In this document: positions 30,958 to 41,091 of the stretch, piece by piece
How positions within the stretch are numbered: the first letter of the stretch is position 1
How the letters are laid out: the number at the start of each line of letters is the position of its first letter
Assembly: GCA_046331565.1 (NCBI GenBank)
Contig: JAXLQP010000007.1
Location: forward strand, 97,634-161,633
Reading direction: 5' to 3'
Length of the DNA stretch: 64,000 bases
Source of the DNA: Blastocatellia bacterium
GTDB lineage: Bacteria; Acidobacteriota; Blastocatellia; RBC074
Notes under the pieces: generated by a model
What the model was told of the DNA's origin: nothing
The model's input: the letters and a program-made list of their open reading frames with translations, nothing else
The model's database searches: none
Program-made: the position numbers and the translations under genes

Positions 30958-31022
30958 GGCAGCGTTCCTCCCTGATTGTTGGTCTGACGGAAAGGTGTGA
31001 AAGGAAGGGGATTAAAAATAAA

Positions 31023-31096
31023 GATTGCAGAATGCAGATTGCAGATTGTGTGATGAAAGAGGCTGGTAAATCTGCAATCTGCACTCAACAACCTGC
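31023..31096. repeat. Inverted pair of heptamer arrays, (GATTGCA)n ... (AATCTGC)n
   Basis: GATTGCA GAATGCA GATTGCA GATTG, then a spacer, then AATCTGC AATCTGC ACTCAAC AACCTGC. Confidence 0.8.
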
Positions 31097-31103
31097 CATA
31101 GTT

Positions 31104-31307
31104 TTACTCTTCTTCCTGATCGAAGCCGCGCCCGTCGCGGACGGCGCGCAGCATTTGCAGCGCATATTCAAAGTCGTTGGTGACACTGTTGAAGGCCCGC
31201 GCCATTTCTTCATGGTCGCGCCGCTCAGAAACTTCGTCGTAATGCTTGAAACGCGCTTCCAGCGTCCCGATGATTTCAGATAATTCCTGTTTTCTCTGGT
31301 CGTCCAT
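31104..31307 (-). CDS. Small acidic helical hypothetical protein
   Basis: 67 aa, AGGAG RBS, co-oriented with its neighbours. Confidence 0.65.
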   Translation of the reverse strand: MDDQRKQELSEIIGTLEARFKHYDEVSERRDHEEMARAFNSVTNDFEYALQMLRAVRDGRGFDQEEE

Positions 31308-31406
31308 TCAGGCTCCTGTCTGGATCGCAGGCTGTCAGACCTGCGGTCGGTTGATGCAGCGGGTGATTGAATAAAAAATGTGGTGAATCACAGGCCCGAA
31401 TGACAT

Positions 31407-31646
31407 TTACTGACCTTCAGTCTGCGCGAGGGCTTGTTCCACCGCTTCCAGCATTGCAAGCTGACGGGCCGGTTCATCACCGCCCGGTTCCACGTTCATA
31501 AACAGTTCCGGGTAATCCAGCACACAGACCGTGCAGCCGGAATGACAACAGGGCGGAAGCAGGCTGTCCGGCGCTTCCTGAGTCCTGTCTGCGGCTGCCG
31601 CATGACCCGAAAACTGGTCTTTAACTTCCTGAAAAAGTTCTGACAT
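31407..31646 (-). CDS. Small protein with oxidoreductase-like N-terminal Cys motif (PF09791-like)
   Basis: PPCCHSGCTVCVLDY resembles the CCxSGCxxCVxDxY motif. ATG 31646 chosen as start. Confidence 0.6.
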   Translation of the reverse strand: MSELFQEVKDQFSGHAAAADRTQEAPDSLLPPCCHSGCTVCVLDYPELFMNVEPGGDEPARQLAMLEAVEQALAQTEGQ

Positions 31647-31966
31647 ACACTTCAGAAAAATACCGCTATGAATCGTTCGCACTATAAGTAAAAGCCGGTG
31701 AGACTGTCAACGCGCGGCCCTGCCCAATTCAACCAATAGCGCGTCATCAGCAAATTGATCGTAAAACGGGCGCTCTCCGCGCGTCGGCCTGAACAATTTC
31801 AGGCCGGGTTGCGCGCGCGACGCGGGATGGCAGTGTGTCAGTTATGCAGCTTTGCTCGCTCGAACTTCATTTTTGCCACGCTGCCGCCGGATGCTGACCA
31901 GGCGGCGCGTGCCGGTAACAGTCTTTCTTTGCTGTCCCGCTGATCACCTGGCGCGGATTAACCTGC

Positions 31967-31982
31967 TGGCACAGTGGTTGCT
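31967..31982 (+). promoter_or_regulatory. Sigma54 promoter of the leader-RND operon
   Basis: TGGCAC-AGTGG-TTGCT, 63 nt upstream of ATG 32045. Confidence 0.85.
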
Positions 31983-32044
31983 CGACTGCGGCAGAGGCAG
32001 AGCTTTCTGCCATTTGTTGAATTGAGTCTGCACAGTACCCACTC

Positions 32045-32719
32045 ATGCGAGCGAGCCGTAACGGCGACAAACGAGGCTGGTGGCTGGTCATCGTCATGAT
32101 GGCGGCGCCGTTGCTGCTGGCCATTTCAGCGAACGGTCTGGTCAGCCCTCGTTTGCGCGCTGAAGCGGCTCGCCCGATTTTGCTGCCCTTCACACCGCTT
32201 TATTCTGACTTCGATGGCGATGCCCGGCCTGACTGCGCCGAGCTTGCAGGCAGAAGTGATGAACAGAGCATTCGCCTGACACTGAGCGGTTCGGCTCCGA
32301 CACAGCTTCACTTTCATAACGACACGCGTGATCGCGGCAGGCTGCTGGCCGGTGACATTGATCACGACAATGATTACGACCTGGTCTGGGTTTCGACGAC
32401 TGAACCGCTCTTGTTCAGAATCTGGACGGGTGATGGCAAAGGCCATTTTCAGGCTATGCCTGATGATCGGCCTTTTCGCAAAGGCATCGGCGCGCTGCTC
32501 GGACTCGACGCCGAAACAGACATCTCAACACCGCCCGTTGCCCGGCACGCTGCTGATGCGGCGGCGCGGTCTGACGGGCCGGTTTTTGAATCTGCCCGTG
32601 TGACACCGGCTCCGCAGTTTTTCGCGGCTGACTGTCATCAGGCCGGATACAGGGATGTTGCCGCTGTCGCACTTCTGCCACTCACCGGGCGCAGCCCGCC
32701 TCTTGCTCTCTCCTGCTGA
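32045..32719 (+). CDS. Exported FG-GAP/VCBS-like protein ending in an RSPP motif (candidate arrest-peptide leader)
   Basis: Signal or TM segment, Ca-binding-type loops DFDGDARPD and DIDHDNDYDLVW, a low-complexity linker and C-terminal LTGRSPPLALSC*. Confidence 0.7.
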   Translation: MRASRNGDKRGWWLVIVMMAAPLLLAISANGLVSPRLRAEAARPILLPFTPLYSDFDGDARPDCAELAGRSDEQSIRLTLSGSAPTQLHFHNDTRDRGRLLAGDIDHDNDYDLVWVSTTEPLLFRIWTGDGKGHFQAMPDDRPFRKGIGALLGLDAETDISTPPVARHAADAAARSDGPVFESARVTPAPQFFAADCHQAGYRDVAAVALLPLTGRSPPLALSC

Positions 32720-32831
32720 TTTTATTTCCCTTGCTGAATCGCACGGTTTTCCGGCGCTGAAGTCGTCAACTGCCGTCAGGCATTGATGGTCAGCGTTCGT
32801 TACCGGCACACCCAGGGCACGGAGCAGAGCA

Positions 32832-34223
32832 ATGACCGAATTGAAGGAAGCCGATGAAATTCTGATCGCTGAGCCACAGACTGAACGACACGACATTACC
32901 CGGCAGGCCGAACAACTGATGACCGGTTCCGCATCGCCTCAGCAGTCGGCCACCGCAAAAGTGCTGACCGATGCTTCAGCAACAACTCACCGGGGGGGAT
33001 TCCGCTTCAGGCCTGCCTTCAGCCTGAATCGTGGGCACGCCAGTCTGATGCTGCTGGCAGTGGCGATGATTGCCGGAGTCTTTGCGTGGCTGCACTTCAG
33101 GCAGGCGCGTGAAGTCAGGAAACCGGATGAAGCTGCCAGTGTCGCGCCACCGTCTGATCTGATCGTGCCTGAAGCCGCACAACTCAGCCAGCTCGTCGTT
33201 GAGCCGGTCGGCACACAGACCGTCATCGAAGATCGCAACACGACCGGGCGGGTCAGCTTCAATGAAGATCGTCAGACGCCCGTGTTTACACCTTATGCCG
33301 GGCGAATTATTGAAGTGCTCTCCAGCCGGGGCGACAGCGTCAGGGCCGGTCAGCCGCTCGTCGTTATCGAATCGCCGGAAGTGATTGCCGCCTTCAATGA
33401 CCTGTCAGCCGCGCGTTCTGATGCCGACAAATCGCGCATCGCGCTGGAGGCCGCGCAGAAAGCCGCCGAACGCGCCCGCCGCCTGCACGAACGCGAAGCG
33501 ATTGCGACGCGCGATCTGCAACAGGCCGAAACCGATCTGGCCCGCGTGCAGGAAGAAGCGCGCCGCGCTGATGCCGCCGTTGCCATTGCTGAAAACCGCC
33601 TGGCGCTGTTTGGCAAAACCGCCAGTGAAATTCAGTCCGGCACGCGCACGTCAGAACTCAGAAGCGTTGACCGCCGCATCACGATTCGCGCGCCGATTGC
33701 AGGCACCATCGTTGACCGCAGAATCGGGCCGGGCCAGTACATCAAACCTGATGCGCCTGATCCGATGTTTCTGATTGCTGATCTGTCAACGCTGTGGGTG
33801 CAGGCCGATGTTTACGAAAGCGACCTGGCCGCCGTCAAAGCCGGTGCGCCCGTCCTGGTCAGCGTTGAGGCTTATCCGAATCGCACCTTTCCGGCGCGCA
33901 TCACCTTTATCAGTCCGACCGTTGATCCGGCCACACGCACGGTGCGCGTGCGCTGCCAGGTCAGCAATCAGCAGCACCTGCTCAAGCCGGATATGTTTGC
34001 GCGCATTCGCATCGCCGCCGCGCAGCGTGATGAACCGGTTGTGCCCGCGAGCGCGGTTGTTTCAGCCGGAAGCGATTCAGTTGTCTTTGTCGAAGCGTCG
34101 CCCGGCCACTTTCGAGAGCGCAGGGTCAGTGCCGGAACCGAACAGAAAGGTCAGGTGGTGATTACTTCAGGGTTGCAGCCCGGCGAGCGCGTGGTGACGA
34201 AAGGAGCGCTGCTGCTGAAATAA
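32832..34223 (+). CDS. RND efflux periplasmic adaptor (CzcB/CusB-like)
   Basis: N-terminal TM, lipoyl motifs (TPYAGRIIEV, RAPIAGTIVDRRIGPGQ), alpha-hairpin, DLSTLWVQADVYE and GLQPGERVVTKGA. Confidence 0.92.
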   Translation: MTELKEADEILIAEPQTERHDITRQAEQLMTGSASPQQSATAKVLTDASATTHRGGFRFRPAFSLNRGHASLMLLAVAMIAGVFAWLHFRQAREVRKPDEAASVAPPSDLIVPEAAQLSQLVVEPVGTQTVIEDRNTTGRVSFNEDRQTPVFTPYAGRIIEVLSSRGDSVRAGQPLVVIESPEVIAAFNDLSAARSDADKSRIALEAAQKAAERARRLHEREAIATRDLQQAETDLARVQEEARRADAAVAIAENRLALFGKTASEIQSGTRTSELRSVDRRITIRAPIAGTIVDRRIGPGQYIKPDAPDPMFLIADLSTLWVQADVYESDLAAVKAGAPVLVSVEAYPNRTFPARITFISPTVDPATRTVRVRCQVSNQQHLLKPDMFARIRIAAAQRDEPVVPASAVVSAGSDSVVFVEASPGHFRERRVSAGTEQKGQVVITSGLQPGERVVTKGALLLK

Positions 34224-34227
34224 CGCG

Positions 34228-37200
34228 ATGAATAAACTGATCGAAATCATTTTGCGTGAACGGCTGCTGGTGGTGTCGCTGGCGGTCGTGCTGCTTGTCG
34301 GCGGGCTGTTCGCTTTCAAAAAGCTCAATATCGAAGCTTACCCCGACCCGTCGCCGCCGACGATTGAAATCATCGCGCAGCAGTCGGGCTGGTCGGCTGA
34401 AGAGATGGAACGGCAGATCACCGTGCCGCTTGAAACGCAGCTCAACGGCATGCCGGGACTCGATCACCTGCGTTCGATTTCGCTGTTCGGTTTGTCAGAC
34501 ATCAAGTGCTATTTCAAATACGAAACCGATTACAACTTCGACCGGCAGGAGGTCTTGAATCGTTTGCAGATGGCCGCGCTGCCTGCGGGCGTGCAGCCGC
34601 AGCTTTCGCCGCAGTCGGCGGTCGGTGAAATCTTTCGTTATCAGCTCACGGGTGACGGCGTCAGCCTGATGGATCTGCGCACGGCTGAAGACTGGATTCT
34701 GGAACGACAGTTCAAGCAGATTCCCGGCGTCATTGATGTCGTTTCATTCGGCGGCCAGGTGAAGGAATTTCACGTTGATCTTGATCCGAACAAACTGATT
34801 GCCTTCGGCATCAGCGTGCCGCAGGTGATGAATGCGCTGGCGGGCAGCAATGCGAATGTCGGCGCAAACTACCTGGAACTTGGCGTGCAGAGTTACAACG
34901 TGCGCGGCATCGGGTTGTTTCGTGACAGTGATGATATTGGCAATGTCGCCGTGACTCAGAAAAACGGCACTCCGGTTTATGTCCGGCAACTGGGCGAAAT
35001 CAGCATCGGCGCGAGAACTCCGATGGGTCGCGTCGGGCGCGACGATCAGCCGGACATTGTGCAGGGCGTGGTGCTGATGCGGCGCGGCGAACAGTCATTG
35101 CCGACGCTCGAACGAGTGCGCGCCAAAGTCGAACAGCTCAATCACGGCGGCCTGCCCAAAGGCATCAGCATTGTGCCGTATTATGACCGCACTGACCTGA
35201 TCAACCTGACAACACGCACCGTGACGCACACGCTGATTGAAGGCATGGCGCTGGTCGCGCTGATTCTGCTCGCGTTTCTCGGCAACCTGCGCGCGTCGCT
35301 CGTCGTGGCGCTTTCGATTCCGCTCTCGCTGCTCTTTACGTTTGTGCTGATGGTGCTGCGCGGCGATTCGGCCAATCTGATTTCGATGGGCGCGATTGAT
35401 TTCGGCATCATCGTTGATGCGTCGGTGGTGATGATTGAAAACATCTGCCGCCATCTTGCCGAGCCGAATTATCCGTATCGCGGCAATGTGAAAATCACGA
35501 CGCTGCACGCGGCGCGCGAAGTCACCGTGCCGATTCTTTTTTCGACCGCGATCATCATCGCGGCTTTCATTCCGCTTTTCACGATGACCGGCGTTGAAGG
35601 CAAAGTGTTCGGGCCGATGGCGCTGACCTATGGTTTTGCGCTGACGGGCGCGCTGCTGCTGGCGCTGACGTTTTCGCCGGTGATGGCCTCGCTCATCCTC
35701 AAATCTGCCGCTGAAGAGAAAGAGACTTTTATCGTGCGCGGCATTCGTCGCGTCTATTCACGGGTGCTGCGGATTGCGCTGGCGCATCCGGCGCTGGCTG
35801 TGGGGACAGCCGTGCTGGTGCTGGCGGCAACCCTCGCCATCGTGCCGCTGCTCGGCGGCGAATTTATGCCGAAGCTGGAAGAGGGCAATCTGTACGTGCG
35901 CGCTTCGATGCCTAATACGATTTCATTCAGCTATGCCAGTCAGCTTGCCGATCAGATGCGGGCGATTTTCAAAAAGCACCCGGAAGTTACGACCGTCATC
36001 AGCCAGCTTGGGCGGCCCGAAGACGGCACTGACCCGACCAGTTATTTCAACTGTGAATTCGTGGTCGAACTCAAACCACTTGATGAATGGCGGCGCGGCT
36101 TTACGAAAGCCGATCTGGTCAGGCAGCTTGATGCCGAACTGCGCGCGATTCCCGGCATTGATTACAACTTTTCGCAGGCGATTCAGGACAACGTTGAAGA
36201 GGCCATGTCGGGCGTGAAGGGCGAAAATTCAATCAAGCTCTTTGGTGACGATCTCGAAAAGCTGGAAAGCGCGGCGCAGCAGATTGCCGCCGTGATGAGT
36301 CACATTTCAGGCGTTGCGGATCTCGGCGTGTTTGGCGAACTGGGACAGCCCAACCTGCTGATTCGCGTTGACCGGCAGCAGGCTGCGCGTTACGGCCTGC
36401 TGCCGAGTGATGTGAACGGCACGGTGCAGGCGGCGATTGGCGGCCAGGCCGTGACGCAGGTGCTCGATGGTGAACGTCGCTTTGATGTGGTCGTGCGCTT
36501 TCAGCCGCAGTACCGCGAAAACATCGAAGCCATTGCGGCCATCCCCGTCAGCACGCCCGACGGTCAGCGCATTCCGCTGCGGCAGGTGGCTGAGATTACA
36601 AAACAGACCGGCGCTTCGTTTGTCTATCGCGAAGACAATGCGCGCTACATTCCGATCAAATTCAGCGTGCGGGGCCGCGACCTGCAAAGCACGATTGCCG
36701 AAGCTGAAGCGCGGATCAGCGAGCAGGTGCAGTTGCCTGCTGGTTATCATTACGAATGGGCCGGTGAGTTTCAGGAATTGCAGGAAGCCGTGCAGCGATT
36801 GCTGATCGTCATTCCGGTCAGCATCGTGATTATTTTCTTTCTGCTTTACAGCGCCTTCAAAAGCGTCAGCGATTCGCTGCTGCTGCTGTGTTCGATGCCT
36901 CCGGCGCTCACGGGCGGCATTCTGGTGCTGTTTGTGACCGGGACAAATTTCAGCATTTCGGCGGCGGTCGGATTCATTTCATTGTTTGGCGTTTCGGTAC
37001 TCGGCGGCGTGATTCTGCTGGCGCGCATCAGGCAGTTGCGCGACGAAGGCGTGCCGCTCGGTGAAGCTGTGCGGCGCGGGTCAGAGTTACAGATGCGTCC
37101 CGTGCTGATGGCGGCGCTCGCAGCAGCCATCGGATTGCTGCCCGCGTCGGTGGCAACAGGGGTTGGCTCGGAAACACAGCGCCCGCTGGCCCGCGTGGTG

Positions 37201-37335
37201 GTCGGCGGCATGATCAGTTCAGCCGTAGTGCTTCTGCTGGTGCTGCCGGCGGTTTACCTGCTGGCCCATCGTTTGCTCGAAGAGCGAAAGGAAACCGGAA
37301 AACTGCTGACCGAAGAAGCCGGAGTTCGCGCCTGA
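34228..37335 (+). CDS. Heavy-metal efflux RND permease (CzcA/CusA family)
   Basis: 1035 aa. IEAYPD, SISLFGLS, GAIDFGIIVDASVVMIEN (HME proton-relay acids), GGEFMPKLEEG and RPVLMAAL...GSETQRPLA. Confidence 0.95.
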   Translation: MNKLIEIILRERLLVVSLAVVLLVGGLFAFKKLNIEAYPDPSPPTIEIIAQQSGWSAEEMERQITVPLETQLNGMPGLDHLRSISLFGLSDIKCYFKYETDYNFDRQEVLNRLQMAALPAGVQPQLSPQSAVGEIFRYQLTGDGVSLMDLRTAEDWILERQFKQIPGVIDVVSFGGQVKEFHVDLDPNKLIAFGISVPQVMNALAGSNANVGANYLELGVQSYNVRGIGLFRDSDDIGNVAVTQKNGTPVYVRQLGEISIGARTPMGRVGRDDQPDIVQGVVLMRRGEQSLPTLERVRAKVEQLNHGGLPKGISIVPYYDRTDLINLTTRTVTHTLIEGMALVALILLAFLGNLRASLVVALSIPLSLLFTFVLMVLRGDSANLISMGAIDFGIIVDASVVMIENICRHLAEPNYPYRGNVKITTLHAAREVTVPILFSTAIIIAAFIPLFTMTGVEGKVFGPMALTYGFALTGALLLALTFSPVMASLILKSAAEEKETFIVRGIRRVYSRVLRIALAHPALAVGTAVLVLAATLAIVPLLGGEFMPKLEEGNLYVRASMPNTISFSYASQLADQMRAIFKKHPEVTTVISQLGRPEDGTDPTSYFNCEFVVELKPLDEWRRGFTKADLVRQLDAELRAIPGIDYNFSQAIQDNVEEAMSGVKGENSIKLFGDDLEKLESAAQQIAAVMSHISGVADLGVFGELGQPNLLIRVDRQQAARYGLLPSDVNGTVQAAIGGQAVTQVLDGERRFDVVVRFQPQYRENIEAIAAIPVSTPDGQRIPLRQVAEITKQTGASFVYREDNARYIPIKFSVRGRDLQSTIAEAEARISEQVQLPAGYHYEWAGEFQELQEAVQRLLIVIPVSIVIIFFLLYSAFKSVSDSLLLLCSMPPALTGGILVLFVTGTNFSISAAVGFISLFGVSVLGGVILLARIRQLRDEGVPLGEAVRRGSELQMRPVLMAALAAAIGLLPASVATGVGSETQRPLARVVVGGMISSAVVLLLVLPAVYLLAHRLLEERKETGKLLTEEAGVRA

Positions 37336-37379
37336 ACGGCGTTCCGGGAAATTCTTCTGCCGCGTGTGAAAGGGAGTAT

Positions 37380-38522
37380 ATGGCAAGCCGGTATTTTCTG
37401 CGCAGGTCTGACCTGTGGTGGATTCAGTATGGGGTGGCCGTGCTGATCAGCGCGCTCGCCCTGAGCGTGACGCTGTTGATTGACGACCCGACAACTGAGC
37501 CGAACACGCTGCTGCTTCTTACCTTTGGCGTCATGCTCAGTTCCTGGTACGGCGGGACAGGGCCGGGACTGGTGACGCTGCTGCTGAGCGCACTGACTGG
37601 CGCTCACTTCATCTTCCAGCCAATTGGCTCGCTGACTGTTGGAAACGGCAGCGGGGCGTTGCGGATGATTGAGTTTGTGGCCGTTTCGTCCGTCATCATC
37701 TGGCTCAACGCCGTGCGACGGAACGCGCAGGCCAGGGCTGAAGCAGCACAGGCTGCCGCCGAGGAGGCGAGCCGCGCCAGAGATGAATTTCTGACAGTGG
37801 TCTCTCATGAACTGCGTTCGCCGCTCAATTCAATTCTCGGCTGGGCGCAGGTGCTGCGCAACAGGACGCCTGATCCGGCCACCCTGAGTCGCGGGCTGGA
37901 AGTGATTGAGCGCAACACACGGGCGCAGTCTGCACTGATTGAAGATTTGCTGGACGTTTCGCGCATCATCAGAGGAAAGTTGCGGCTGAATATCAGGGTC
38001 GTAGCACTTCCCACTATGATCAGGGACGCGCTTGACACGATCAGGCCAGCGGCTGAAGCCCGGCGGATTCAGCTTCAGTTACAGACTGACCAGGCGGTGT
38101 GTGAAGTGCCGGGTGATCCTGACCGTTTGCAGCAGATCATCTGGAACCTGCTTTCCAATGCCGTGAAATTCACGCCTCCGGACGGGCGCATCGAAGTCAG
38201 TCTGGAACAGATGACAGGTGAAGCCTGCATTCGGGTCAGCGACACCGGCTGCGGGATTGCGCCGGAATTTCTGCCGCACGTGTTTGAGCGTTTCACGCAG
38301 GCTGAGCGGGCGGCTCAGGTGACAGGCGGCGGTCTGGGGCTGGGCCTGGCGATTGTGCGCCACCTGGTCGAACTGCACGGCGGCACGATCAGGGCCGAAA
38401 GCAAAGGCGAAGGACTTGGCGCAGTCTTCACTGTCAGGCTGCCGCTGCTGAATCAGGCTCATCCGCAGCACAGCCGCGCCGAAGAGCAATCAGCGCTGCT
38501 GGCAAAAGGCATGCAACTCTGA
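37380..38522 (+). CDS. Sensor histidine kinase with DUF4118 (KdpD-like) four-TM input
   Basis: Four TM helices, [28 protein letters not shown] and [10 protein letters not shown]. No receiver domain. Confidence 0.9.
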   Translation: MASRYFLRRSDLWWIQYGVAVLISALALSVTLLIDDPTTEPNTLLLLTFGVMLSSWYGGTGPGLVTLLLSALTGAHFIFQPIGSLTVGNGSGALRMIEFVAVSSVIIWLNAVRRNAQARAEAAQAAAEEASRARDEFLTVVSHELRSPLNSILGWAQVLRNRTPDPATLSRGLEVIERNTRAQSALIEDLLDVSRIIRGKLRLNIRVVALPTMIRDALDTIRPAAEARRIQLQLQTDQAVCEVPGDPDRLQQIIWNLLSNAVKFTPPDGRIEVSLEQMTGEACIRVSDTGCGIAPEFLPHVFERFTQAERAAQVTGGGLGLGLAIVRHLVELHGGTIRAESKGEGLGAVFTVRLPLLNQAHPQHSRAEEQSALLAKGMQL

Positions 38523-38643
38523 AGGCACTCGCCTGACAGCGCCACGATCTTTTTTTTCATCCGCCCGGCGGATCAACCATCATCACGCTGCGCGCCCGCA
38601 CGAATCATTACGGACTCGCAGCCACAACATAAAGGAATCATCA

Positions 38644-38829
38644 ATGTTTGAGGGTCTTTTTCAACCACTTCACTTACTGGTCGTGCTGGGCATCGTGCTG
38701 ATTGTCTTCGGCCCGAAAAAGCTGCCGGAACTGGGCAAAGGCCTGGGCGAGGCGATTCGCGGCTTCAAGAGCGGCATCAGTGAAGATCATTCATCGGCAG
38801 ACGCCGACAAATCAGCAAAGCAAAAATAA
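38644..38829 (+). CDS. tatA: Twin-arginine translocase TatA/E subunit
   Basis: [32 protein letters not shown]. Confidence 0.95.
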   Translation: MFEGLFQPLHLLVVLGIVLIVFGPKKLPELGKGLGEAIRGFKSGISEDHSSADADKSAKQK

Positions 38830-38877
38830 CGCGGCAATGGCGTCGTCCGGCCACTTGCTCTACACTTTGCCGGAACA

Positions 38878-39669
38878 ATGAACGCACACCGAAAACATTC
38901 AACCGAGCGCGGCAGAATCAGCCCGGTCGCGGTCATCATTGTCCTGGCCGTGCTGGCTTTCGGGCTGTTTGTCTGGCTGCGCCTGCGCGGATCGCGTGCG
39001 CCTGTGTCTGAACCGGGCAGCGTGGTAACGACGACGGCGGGCGGTCTGCCTGAAATGCGCAACAAGCCGCGCCCGCGCTCGGTTGATTTTCAGGGCTGCC
39101 CGCCCGAAGGCGACGGCGGCGACGCGGAACTGAATGTGCTGAAAAATCGCACGGATGAGGCCGCGTGGATTCCGGTGCAGTTTGACGCCATTCTCAATCT
39201 GACCTGGCCGCCTGGCGTCGAACGCAAAAACCGCAAAAACTGGTCAGTGGCTGACCGGGCAACGGTCGCGCGCTACGAAGGCATTCCGGTGTCAGTCGAA
39301 GGTTATCTGGCGAGCGCGAAACAGGAAGGGCCGGAATCACCGAACTGTCACGGCGCTGATGCGGAATGGCGCGATTATCACATCTGGCTGACCGCCGGGC
39401 CGGGCGAAGAACGCAGCCGTTCGATTGTGGTCGAGACGACGCCGCGCGTGCGTGTGAATCACCCGAACTGGCGGCTGGCCCTGTTGCAGCAGATTGCCCG
39501 CAACCATCAGCGCGTGCGCATCAGCGGCTGGCTGATGCTCGATCCTGAACATCCCGATCAGGTCGGCAAAACACGCGGCACGATCTGGGAAATCCATCCG
39601 ATTATGCAGATCGAAGTCGAGCAGCGTGGCCGGTGGATTCCGCTCGACAAACTGACCGAACTGAGCTGA
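38878..39669 (+). CDS. Membrane-anchored hypothetical protein, probable OB-fold
   Basis: N-terminal TM, then VEGYL..AK.EGPES.NC, DYHIWL, VVETTPR, VRISGWLMLD.EH and WEIHPI. Confidence 0.7.
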   Translation: MNAHRKHSTERGRISPVAVIIVLAVLAFGLFVWLRLRGSRAPVSEPGSVVTTTAGGLPEMRNKPRPRSVDFQGCPPEGDGGDAELNVLKNRTDEAAWIPVQFDAILNLTWPPGVERKNRKNWSVADRATVARYEGIPVSVEGYLASAKQEGPESPNCHGADAEWRDYHIWLTAGPGEERSRSIVVETTPRVRVNHPNWRLALLQQIARNHQRVRISGWLMLDPEHPDQVGKTRGTIWEIHPIMQIEVEQRGRWIPLDKLTELS

Positions 39670-39681
39670 GAAGGAGCCGCC

Positions 39682-39900
39682 ATGCGTAAAGCCGTTCAGT
39701 TGAAAGTCAATCTGTGGGTCGAAGGCGAAGCCGCGCCGAAAGATGATTTCGCCGCGCTCGCCATGCTGGCCGTGCATGAAATCATCGCTGCCGGACAGTC
39801 ACTGCATCCTGAACTGAAAATTTCAATCAGGCGCGTGACCGAACATTCATCTGATGATGAAGAGTCTGACCAGGCAGAAGAGAGCGCCGACAGGTTCTGA
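39682..39900 (+). CDS. Small hypothetical protein
   Basis: AGGAG RBS, 12 nt after the upstream stop, acidic tail. Confidence 0.65.
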   Translation: MRKAVQLKVNLWVEGEAAPKDDFAALAMLAVHEIIAAGQSLHPELKISIRRVTEHSSDDEESDQAEESADRF

Positions 39901-39916
39901 CCGCCACGCCCATGGC

Positions 39917-40498
39917 TCAGATGGCGGTCGGCTGTGTCGGGCGACAATTACGCCAGACCAGGCACCAGAGCCAGATGGCCGTCCCGCCAGTCAGCAGCGC
40001 CAGCACAATCCATAATTCATACCGCCGCAAATTTGTCAGGATCAGTTCCAGCGCGTGACCGAACGCATATCCGGCCAGGCCGACAGTGAGCGTCCAGACC
40101 GCGCCGCTCATCAGATTCAGCAGCAGAAAGCGGCGCGCGGAAAAACCGCTCGCGCCAATGACGAACGGTGTCGCAATTCGCAATCCCCAGGCGAAGCGAA
40201 AGCCCAGGATCAGCCGCAGCCCGTATTTGTCGAGCAGCTTTTGCACTCGTTGCAGGCGCAACTGCCACTTCGGGTGGCGGGCCGCCAGGGCGCTGCCCCG
40301 GTTACGGCCCAGCAGAAACCAGCCCTGATCGGTGAAAAACGTGGCCAGAAAGCAGGTCAGCATCACGCCCGGCAGACTCAGGTAACCGCGATGCGCCAGA
40401 AACGCGCCAATCAGCAGAAAGGTTTCGCCCTCGAAGATCGTGCCCGCAAACAGAATCGGGTAGCCGTAATGAATAATGAGCGATTCAAATGACATCAC
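39917..40498 (-). CDS. DedA family membrane protein
   Basis: YGYPILFAGTIFEGE, L..G.LA, D..WF.LGR and RF..GLR....F..G. Overlaps the upstream stop by 4 bp. Confidence 0.9.
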   Translation of the reverse strand: MMSFESLIIHYGYPILFAGTIFEGETFLLIGAFLAHRGYLSLPGVMLTCFLATFFTDQGWFLLGRNRGSALAARHPKWQLRLQRVQKLLDKYGLRLILGFRFAWGLRIATPFVIGASGFSARRFLLLNLMSGAVWTLTVGLAGYAFGHALELILTNLRRYELWIVLALLTGGTAIWLWCLVWRNCRPTQPTAI

Positions 40499-41091
40499 TG
40501 CTCTCTCCGTTTCAGTTCTGCGAGCTGCTGGCTGAGTTCCTGCAACCGGGCCATGATTTCGGCGTGCTGTCGTTCGATGACCGGCGGGGTGCGGCCCTGA
40601 ATGTAAAACGTGCCGCCCGGTTCCAGCACGCAGCGTTCGATTTCGCTGAGTCGCGTAAACCCCTGCCGGTGCGCCACCGTCAGCAGTTCTGATTCGGTCA
40701 GCAGTTCGCTCGCCAGCGCCTTGTGCCTGACCTTGCCCTCTTCAATCAGCGCGGTCGGTTCGCCTTCGATCAACTGATCGAGCCGCCGGTGTCTGAACAG
40801 AAAGCGCACCACCAGATAATTGGCCGCGAGCAGCGTGAATGCGCCAATCAGCCCGCCCGTCACCGAATTGTCTTCGCCAATGATCGCGTTCTGAACGGTG
40901 TTCGAGAGCGACAGCAGCACAACCAGGTCGAACGGATTAAGCTGCGCCAGTTCGCGCTTGCCGAACACGCGCAGCGCGACGACCAGAAAAATATAAACGA
41001 TCACCGGGCGCAGCATCTTTTCAGCGACCGGCAGCGAGAGCCGGAACATGTCGTGAGTCAGGGGATTGATCCATTCAAACAGATGAATCAT
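40495..41091 (-). CDS. DUF421/YetF family membrane protein
   Basis: LRVFGKRELAQLNPFDLVVLL.LSNTVQNAI, EGEPTALI..G and LEPGG.F. ATG 41091 with AAGGAGG RBS. Confidence 0.9.
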   Translation of the reverse strand: MIHLFEWINPLTHDMFRLSLPVAEKMLRPVIVYIFLVVALRVFGKRELAQLNPFDLVVLLSLSNTVQNAIIGEDNSVTGGLIGAFTLLAANYLVVRFLFRHRRLDQLIEGEPTALIEEGKVRHKALASELLTESELLTVAHRQGFTRLSEIERCVLEPGGTFYIQGRTPPVIERQHAEIMARLQELSQQLAELKRREQ

